Origin: Hyphomicrobiaceae bacterium
GTDB lineage: Bacteria; Pseudomonadota; Alphaproteobacteria; Rhizobiales; Hyphomicrobiaceae
DNA: 64,000 nucleotides
Assembly: GCA_025359165.1 (NCBI GenBank)
Contig: JANYHG010000063.1
Coordinates: forward strand, 4,561-68,560
Direction: 5' to 3'
The notes under the pieces: model-generated
What the model was told of the DNA's origin: nothing
Database searches by the model: none
What the model saw: the letters and a program-made list of their open reading frames with translations, nothing else
Shown: positions 58,316 to 64,000 of the stretch, piece after piece
Layout: each line of letters opens with the position of its first letter
Numbering within the stretch: position 1 is the first letter of the stretch
Position numbers and translations under genes: made by a program

Positions 58316-59023
58316 ATGGCGGGCTGGATTGTCGCCTTTTTGTTTCTATCGGCGGGGGCGGCGGCGATGGTTCTCGCCGATGGCTCGCCGACGTTGGGCT
58401 TGAGCAGAGCCGATGTGTTTTACGCTGTGCTTGGATTCTGTATCGCCGTCGTGACGTTCTGGGTCCTGTCGATCGGCCGAACGCACGGGGTTGCCCGGGC
58501 CTTTCGCGATTTGGGCAGCTGGCTGTTGCTCACCACGGCGGTTGCGGCAGGCTACACCTATCGCGACGATCTGGTGTCTTTCGGCCATTCGATCGCCGCC
58601 GAGATTACACCTCCCGGAATGATCGCGCGTGCCGACCTGCAATCGAACGGCGATCGCGCTGTCCGTATTCGCCGGCGTTCCGACGGCCACTTTCTCGCGC
58701 GTGCGGAATTGAACGGCTTCACCCTCAACATGCTCGTCGACACCGGTGCATCGACGGTGGTGCTGCGGCCAGCAGATGCCCAGAAGCTCGGTATCGACAT
58801 CGAACGACTGCGTTATAACGTGCCGGTACAGACCGCGAACGGCACAACGTATGCGGCGCAGGTCAAGCTCAAGAAGGTCGCGGTTGGGGCAATCGAATTC
58901 ACCGAGATCGATGCGCTTGTTTCCAAACCAGGGGCGCTGCGCGACAGCCTGCTCGGTATGAGTTTTTTAAACAGATTGAAGTCATATGAATTTTCAGGGG
59001 ACTTCCTGACGCTCCGGATATGA
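58316..59023 (+). CDS. Membrane-anchored retropepsin-like aspartic protease (TIGR02281-type)
   Basis: N-terminal TM segments, then GHFLARAELNGFTLNMLVDTGASTVVL and C-terminal LLGMSFLNRL. Confidence 0.78.
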   Translation: MAGWIVAFLFLSAGAAAMVLADGSPTLGLSRADVFYAVLGFCIAVVTFWVLSIGRTHGVARAFRDLGSWLLLTTAVAAGYTYRDDLVSFGHSIAAEITPPGMIARADLQSNGDRAVRIRRRSDGHFLARAELNGFTLNMLVDTGASTVVLRPADAQKLGIDIERLRYNVPVQTANGTTYAAQVKLKKVAVGAIEFTEIDALVSKPGALRDSLLGMSFLNRLKSYEFSGDFLTLRI

Positions 59024-59091
59024 CGCGTCGCCATCGCGACACTTCGCCGGACTGCCTTCAAGTCGTGTTTGCGTGTTCCGAGGTTTGCGTC

Positions 59092-59646
59092 ATGGCGTTG
59101 TCATTGAGCGGGCGAAAGCTTGCGACCGAAGTCGGCGCTTGTTTTGCAATTCTCGTAATCGGTGCCGTTGCGGTGAAGTATTACCGGCACGGAATAGAAG
59201 CCTATTTGGCGAAACTCCCCCCCGTCACGCAATCTGCAGCCGATGCGCGCAAAACGGCTACGGCGAGCGTCGGCCGCCGCACGGTGGAACTCATCGCCCA
59301 CGACAATGGCCACTTCTACGCCGATGCCGACATCAACGGGCGCGGCGTCAACGTCATGGTCGATACGGGTGCCAGTGTCGTGGCGCTGACATACGAAGAT
59401 GCCAGAACTGCAGGCGTGCTGCCGCGCGATATTGATTTTACGCAGCGCGCAAATACCGCCAACGGCATCGCCAAAGTTGCGCCGATCACAATCGAGCGGC
59501 TATCGATCGGCGGCGTTGAAGTCCGCAATGTGCAGGCTGGTGTAATGGAAGAGGGCAAACTCAACCAGACCCTGCTCGGTATGAGCTTCATCAAAAAGCT
59601 CAACCGCTTCGACATGCAGTCCGGCCGGCTGGTTATCGAGGAATAA
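59092..59646 (+). CDS. Membrane-anchored retropepsin-like aspartic protease (TIGR02281-type), tandem paralog
   Basis: One TM segment, then GHFYADADINGRGVNVMVDTGASVVAL and C-terminal LLGMSFIKKL. Confidence 0.78.
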   Translation: MALSLSGRKLATEVGACFAILVIGAVAVKYYRHGIEAYLAKLPPVTQSAADARKTATASVGRRTVELIAHDNGHFYADADINGRGVNVMVDTGASVVALTYEDARTAGVLPRDIDFTQRANTANGIAKVAPITIERLSIGGVEVRNVQAGVMEEGKLNQTLLGMSFIKKLNRFDMQSGRLVIEE

Positions 59647-59649
59647 TTC

Positions 59650-60531
59650 ATGAGCCTCGCTTTGCGGTTGTCGATTGTCGATTTCTGGCGTTCCATAGTT
59701 CGTGTCGCGGTTGGAACGGTGCTCGGGCTCATGGTGGCTTGGTGCTGCGGTTTGGTTGCTGTCGGCGTGATGCAGCGAAACCTCATGTATCAACCAATGG
59801 TCGGCGTAGACGGGCCAGCGAATTACCGGCTTGCTGATGTTGCTGTTGACGTTTTAGCGACCGCTGACGGCGAGCGACTGGTGCGATGGTCGAAACCCGC
59901 TGCGCCAGGAAAACCAACTATTCTCTACTTTCACGGCAATGCCGGCTGGATGAACGGTCAGGCCTTTCACTTCCGTCATTTTCTCGACGAGGGCTGGGGT
60001 TTGAGCGCGACGGCCTATCGCGGCTTCGCCGGGTCGACCGGATCGCCCACGGAGAAGCATCTCGTCGATGATGGTTTGTTGGCCTACGAGGCACTTCTGA
60101 ATATGGGCGTTGCGTCTCGCGACATCGTTATTTACGGCGAATCTCTCGGCAGTGGAGTTGCGGTTCAAGTCGCAGCCGCCCGGCCAACTGCGGCAGTTGT
60201 TTTGGAATCTCCGTTCAGCTCCGCACGAGACGTCGCCAGCGACCATTATTGGTACTTGCCCGTATCACGCGTGATGCTGGACCCGTTTCTCTCGGTCGAC
60301 GTGATCGGTAAAATTGGAGCGCCGATGCTCATTTTGGCCGGTGCCACAGACACCGTGATTCCGATTAAATATTCGCGAAAACTGGCAGCGGTAGCCCCGG
60401 CTGGTTCGAAATACGTGGAATATCCGGGCGGCGGGCATGTCGATCTTTTCCGTTTCGGAGCATTCAGCGAAATCAAGCACTGGATCGTTTCGCGGGCTGG
60501 CGCTAAGACCCTATCCACATCAACTCAGTAA
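59650..60531 (+). CDS. Alpha/beta hydrolase
   Basis: N-terminal TM segment, nucleophile elbow GESLGSG, and HG(N) oxyanion-type block YFHGNAG. Confidence 0.78.
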   Translation: MSLALRLSIVDFWRSIVRVAVGTVLGLMVAWCCGLVAVGVMQRNLMYQPMVGVDGPANYRLADVAVDVLATADGERLVRWSKPAAPGKPTILYFHGNAGWMNGQAFHFRHFLDEGWGLSATAYRGFAGSTGSPTEKHLVDDGLLAYEALLNMGVASRDIVIYGESLGSGVAVQVAAARPTAAVVLESPFSSARDVASDHYWYLPVSRVMLDPFLSVDVIGKIGAPMLILAGATDTVIPIKYSRKLAAVAPAGSKYVEYPGGGHVDLFRFGAFSEIKHWIVSRAGAKTLSTSTQ

Positions 60532-60556
60532 TTGATCTCAAAAAGAGGCATCTTCG

Positions 60557-62056
60557 ATGCTCCCTAAACCACGCGCCGACCTGAAGCCCAACACGCTCGA
60601 CTTCGAGCGGCTGCCACTCGTCAAGCCGACTGGCTTTCGCGAATACGACGCGCGTTGGCTGTTCCCTGAGGAAATCAACCTGATGGGTCTGAACGCCATC
60701 GGGCTTGGATTGGCTGAAGTGTTCGACCGGCGCGGCGTCAAGAAGCGCATCGTTACGGGCCACGACTTCCGTTGGTATTCCGGCAACGTCAAACAGGCGC
60801 TGATCAACGGCATGATCGCCGGTGGTTTTGAAGTGCACGACATCGGCCTCGCCATGTCGCCGATGGCTTATTTCGCCCAGTTCGAATTGAACGTCGAAGG
60901 CGTGGCCATGGTCACCGCCAGCCACAACGACAACGGCTGGACCGGCATCAAAATGGGGCTCAACAGGCCACTGACGTTCGGGCCTGACGAAATGACCGAA
61001 CTGAAAGAGATCGTGCTTGGCGGCAAAGCCAAGGCGCATTCAGGCGGCCGCTATATTTTCGTGCCCGATCTTGCCGAGCGTTACGCGAAATCGCTGACCA
61101 ACCGTCCGAAGTACAAGCGTCACATGAAAGTCGTCGCGGCGTGCGGCAACGGCACGGCTGGCGCATTCGCGCCGAAAATTCTCGAAGCTCTCGGGCTCGA
61201 AGTGGTGCCGCTCGACTGCGAACTCGATCACTCGTTCCCCAACTATAACCCGAACCCGGAAGACATGAAGATGCTACATGCGATGGCTGTAGCGGTAAAC
61301 AAACACAAAGCCGATGTCGGCCTGGGTTTCGACGGCGACGGCGACCGCTGCGGCGTGGTCGACAACGAAGGCCACGAGATTTTCGCCGATACGGTCGGCG
61401 TCATGTTGGCGCGCGATCTGTCGGCGGTTTATCCGAACTCGACATTCGTCGCCGACGTCAAATCAACAGGTCTGTTCATGACCGATCCGGTGCTCGCCGC
61501 GAACGGTGCCAAGGCGCTCTACTGGAAGACCGGCCACTCCTACATGAAGCGTTACACCCACGAGCAGAAGGCGCTGGTGGGCTTCGAGAAGAGCGGCCAC
61601 TATTTCTTCCAGCCGCCGCTGGGACGCGGATACGACGACGGATTGGTGGCGGCCATCGCGGTGTGCGATATGCTCGAACGCGCGCCAGACAAGACGGTAG
61701 CCGATCTCAAGCGGGCGCTGCCTAAAACCTGGCAGTCGCCGACGATGTCGCCCCACTGCGACGACGAGAAAAAGTATGGCATCGTGGAAAAGATCGTCGC
61801 CGACTACGAGGCGGAAGCGAAAGCGGGCAAGACCATCATCGGCCAGAAAATCCGCGATCTGGTGACCGTCAACGGCGTGCGCGTGACGTTGGCCGATGGC
61901 ACCTGGGGCTTGGTGCGGGCGTCGTCGAACAAGCCGGAGCTGGTGGTGGTGGTGGAAAGCCCGGTCTCGGAGGCCAACCGCAACGCCATTTTCCGCGATA
62001 TCGAAGCGCGCCTCGCCAAGTTCCCCGAGGTCGGTGCATTCAACCAGAAGATCTGA
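60557..62056 (+). CDS. Phosphomannomutase/phosphoglucomutase
   Basis: Active-site TASHNDNGW, Mg-binding GFDGDGDRCG, and sugar-binding GFEKSGHYFF. Confidence 0.9.
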   Translation: MLPKPRADLKPNTLDFERLPLVKPTGFREYDARWLFPEEINLMGLNAIGLGLAEVFDRRGVKKRIVTGHDFRWYSGNVKQALINGMIAGGFEVHDIGLAMSPMAYFAQFELNVEGVAMVTASHNDNGWTGIKMGLNRPLTFGPDEMTELKEIVLGGKAKAHSGGRYIFVPDLAERYAKSLTNRPKYKRHMKVVAACGNGTAGAFAPKILEALGLEVVPLDCELDHSFPNYNPNPEDMKMLHAMAVAVNKHKADVGLGFDGDGDRCGVVDNEGHEIFADTVGVMLARDLSAVYPNSTFVADVKSTGLFMTDPVLAANGAKALYWKTGHSYMKRYTHEQKALVGFEKSGHYFFQPPLGRGYDDGLVAAIAVCDMLERAPDKTVADLKRALPKTWQSPTMSPHCDDEKKYGIVEKIVADYEAEAKAGKTIIGQKIRDLVTVNGVRVTLADGTWGLVRASSNKPELVVVVESPVSEANRNAIFRDIEARLAKFPEVGAFNQKI

Positions 62057-62065
62057 TGCAGGAAC

Positions 62066-62108
62066 GGGTCCGTCTCCGAAGTGCACACACAGTGCACGAG
62101 CCGGACCC
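62066..62108 (+). terminator. Compound hairpin downstream of the phosphomannomutase gene
   Basis: Outer stem GGGTCCG/CGGACCC encloses the inner hairpin GTGCAC-ACACA-GTGCAC. No T-tract. Confidence 0.35.
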
Positions 62109-62263
62109 GGATCCGCGAGACCGAACTGCAGGCGACCGAGCCGTGATCAGTGCCCGTAGATCGAGGATGATACCCGATGTACGTTGTTGACGACCGCACT
62201 TCGACGTGTGCGCTCAAGCAGGTTCGGCAGCTCGGGAAAATTCGATTTGCCAGCTGAGCTTTC

Positions 62264-62273
62264 GGGGGGGGGG
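62264..62273. repeat. Homopolymeric G10 tract
   Basis: Ten consecutive G, the longest homopolymer I found in the window. It ends 4 nt before the acyltransferase ATG (62278). Confidence 0.95.
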
Positions 62274-62277
62274 ATGA

Positions 62278-63428
62278 ATGTCAGTTGCCGCCGTGAAACT
62301 CGCACCGGTAACCGTGGCTCACAAAGCCACGACAGCGCACCTACCGGCGCTCGACGCCGTGCGCGGCATGTCCATGCTGATGGTCGCCGTTTATCATATG
62401 ACGTTCATCAGACCGACGAATACACTTGAAACCGGTATCGTTTTCATTGCCCAAAGCCTTTGGGTGAGCGTCGATATCTTCTTCGCGCTTTCCAGTTTTT
62501 TGATCACTGGCATCTTGCTTGATAGCGTGAACAAGGCCCGATATTTTAGAAATTTCTGGGCCAGGCGCAGTCTACGCGTGTTCCCGTTGTATTTTGCCAT
62601 CGTCATTTTTTCGCTGCTGATCCTGCCGTATCTCAATCATCCCAAAATGAGCAATTTCGGCCGCATAAAAGGCGACGAATGGTATTATTGGATATACTTG
62701 CAGAATATCCCGATCGCCTGGGGCGGTTTTCGTCACGCCATTCTCGATGTGACTTGGACCCTGGCGATAGAGGAACAATTTTACCTGATCTGGCCGTTCG
62801 TCATTTTTCTGATTCCACGCGCGCGCTTGCCGATCGTGTTCGTCGCGCTCTTTGCCATCAGCCTTGCAGCACGGCTGGCTATGCTGGGTGCCGGAATCAT
62901 ACGGTGGCCGCGTATGTTACGACGATCACGCGTCTTGAGCCTTTGATATGTGGCGCTGCCGTCGCGCTTTTTGTACGGGAGTACAAAGGCACAACCGACC
63001 TCAACCGGCTCGCGCGCGCTTTGATGCTGTTCGGTTATGGAACCTGCGCCATCGTGATGCTCGTTCATGGGCATTCCGACTGGGACGACAAAATCATCCT
63101 CGGGATACCCACGGCATTGATCGGCATCGGTGCCGGGGGGCTGGTTCTGCTCGGCTACCACGGCGGGAAAGGTGGCGGATTTCTGAGGTCACGCGTTCTA
63201 CAGCTGAGTGGAAAGTACAGCTACGCGATGTATCTCTTTCACCTGCCGTTGCGCGGGCTGGTGCGCGATGTGCTGATGCCCATCGAGGCTTGGCCATCCT
63301 ATCCGGGCGGACAACTTGGGGCGCAAATGATTTACTACGTCATAAGTCTCAGTCTGACATTTTTTTGCGCGGCGCTTTGCTTTCACGTTTTCGAGCAACG
63401 GTTTTTGGCGCTGAAAAAGTATTTCTGA
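62278..63428 (+). pseudogene. Acyltransferase-3 (OafA/YrhL-like O-acyltransferase) gene interrupted by a frameshift
   Basis: The N-terminal 205 aa or so lie in one frame (LDAVRGMSMLMVAVYH, FFALSSFLITG, WTLAIEEQFYLIWPF). The C-terminal 175 aa or so lie in the -1 frame from about 62900 (YVTTITRLEPLICGAAVAL ... YAMYLFHLP ... FEQRFL). The two parts together make one typical 10-TM acyltransferase_3 protein. Confidence 0.75.
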
Positions 63429-63672
63429 GGCGGCAACCGTCGTCATTCACAGCGCCGTTAAGACGACGGCGTCCGAAAAGCTCACACGTCAGGAACTTCG
63501 CTGTCGCAGGCGAGTTTTAACGATGAAAGCTGGTACGAGGCGACGGGGTTCACCATGATCGAGGCATCATCTGCGACGCCTTGGACCGCGCCACTCGTTT
63601 GGAACCCGCTCGCACTCCGCTGATGCGCGCCCTGAGCTTTTCAGCACCGGTTCGAGTTCGAAGGCGTCGACG

Positions 63673-63951
63673 ATGACACGACCAAACGCAGCACCGCGCA
63701 AATTCTCGTTGTACCTCAACGACTGCTTACCCGAAGCGCCGTACACGAAAGTTAAGTTCAATGTGTATTCCCTGATGGGATGCCCTCTCGTTCCCTACGA
63801 CACGCGGTACAAACTCGTGCGGGTGGTGAACGGACAACGTTACACACTTGCCATCGGGCGGGCGCAATCAACCTTCGGTCCGTTGAACCTTGCTAGTATA
63901 CGTTTTCGGGGTGCGGTCATGGGCGTGGATGAAATCCACATCGTCAGGTAG
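63673..63951 (+). CDS. Hypothetical protein (92 aa)
   Basis: ORF with AAGG 8 nt upstream of the ATG. No recognisable motif. The coding status is unsure. Confidence 0.3.
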   Translation: MTRPNAAPRKFSLYLNDCLPEAPYTKVKFNVYSLMGCPLVPYDTRYKLVRVVNGQRYTLAIGRAQSTFGPLNLASIRFRGAVMGVDEIHIVR

Positions 63952-64000
63952 GGGGCGCAGCCGTTGTCGCCGTCAGGCCGTGTGGGTTTGCCGTAGTAGG

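Noticed and set aside
62184-62429. 81-aa ORF reading through the G10 tract.
   Set aside because: It has no motif or SD and overlaps the acyltransferase start out of frame. It matters only as a possible fusion partner if the tract length changes.
1-64000. Search for CRISPR arrays, tRNA/rRNA genes, insertion sequences, integrases, prophage or toxin-antitoxin/defence modules.
   Set aside because: I saw no regularly spaced direct repeats, no cloverleaf-like or rRNA-like non-coding stretches, and no transposase, integrase, phage or nuclease/NTPase defence-type ORFs. A by-eye scan cannot exclude small or degenerate elements. tRNAscan, Infernal and ISfinder-type searches would settle it.

Overview
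This 64 kb window is high-GC DNA (roughly 60% by eye). It reads like a core chromosomal region of an alphaproteobacterium, probably Hyphomicrobiales-like. That placement is inferred from gene families and synteny, not from any search. I support about 60 protein genes, nearly all housekeeping or envelope functions. I saw no rRNA, tRNA, CRISPR array, transposase, integrase or phage genes.

Main blocks, left to right:
1. 12-7523: a type II secretion (T2SS) locus with an unusual split layout. gspL/M-like genes diverge from gspE-F-H-I-J, and gspG plus a short prepilin peptidase converge on gspJ.
2. 7798-12088: a NarL-type two-component pair and a 606-aa Cys-rich secreted protein of unknown family.
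3. 12245-13813: a UxaA-family dehydratase.
4. 13828-19950: an ECF sigma/ChrR anti-sigma pair diverging from an operon of FAD-oxidoreductase, DUF1365 and CFA-synthase-like genes, followed by DUF1295 and DUF2177. This matches the Rhodobacter singlet-oxygen and furan-fatty-acid module.
5. 19983-21809: an MBL hydrolase with a split YeeE/YedE pair.
6. 21903-26253: ubiG, then a surface-glycan trio (Sel1 protein, Wzy/O-antigen-ligase-like, OpgC-like).
7. 26430-40565: trmFO, gltA, an orphan 1145-aa membrane and coiled-coil protein, fdxA, a CarD/CdnL regulator with a roughly 210-aa Lys/Ala/Pro-rich N-terminal extension, mtaB, ftsY and two tandem yciB paralogs.
8. 40829-62056: MarR, Ada/Ogt, DUF4399, ettA, trpC, efp, Crp-like regulator, receiver, MAPEG, Lrp, an outer-membrane beta-barrel protein flanked by inverted REP-like elements, UDG, GST, a Kef-type antiporter, a histidine kinase, two tandem retropepsin-like proteases, an alpha/beta hydrolase and a phosphomannomutase.
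9. 62278-63428: a frameshifted acyltransferase-3 gene preceded by a G10 tract.

I did not find a clear-cut novel multi-gene system such as a defence island. The most interesting leads are:
- the orphan 1145-aa membrane and coiled-coil protein;
- the histone-H1-like extension on CarD;
- the secreted protein and two-component pair beside the atypical T2SS;
- a GTGATCY-N16-CGTT promoter-like motif found three times, which adds a DUF4399 protein to the predicted ChrR-type sigma regulon;
- the G10 tract with the frameshifted acyltransferase.

All start codons are predictions. Family names come from motifs I recognise in the translations, not from database searches.
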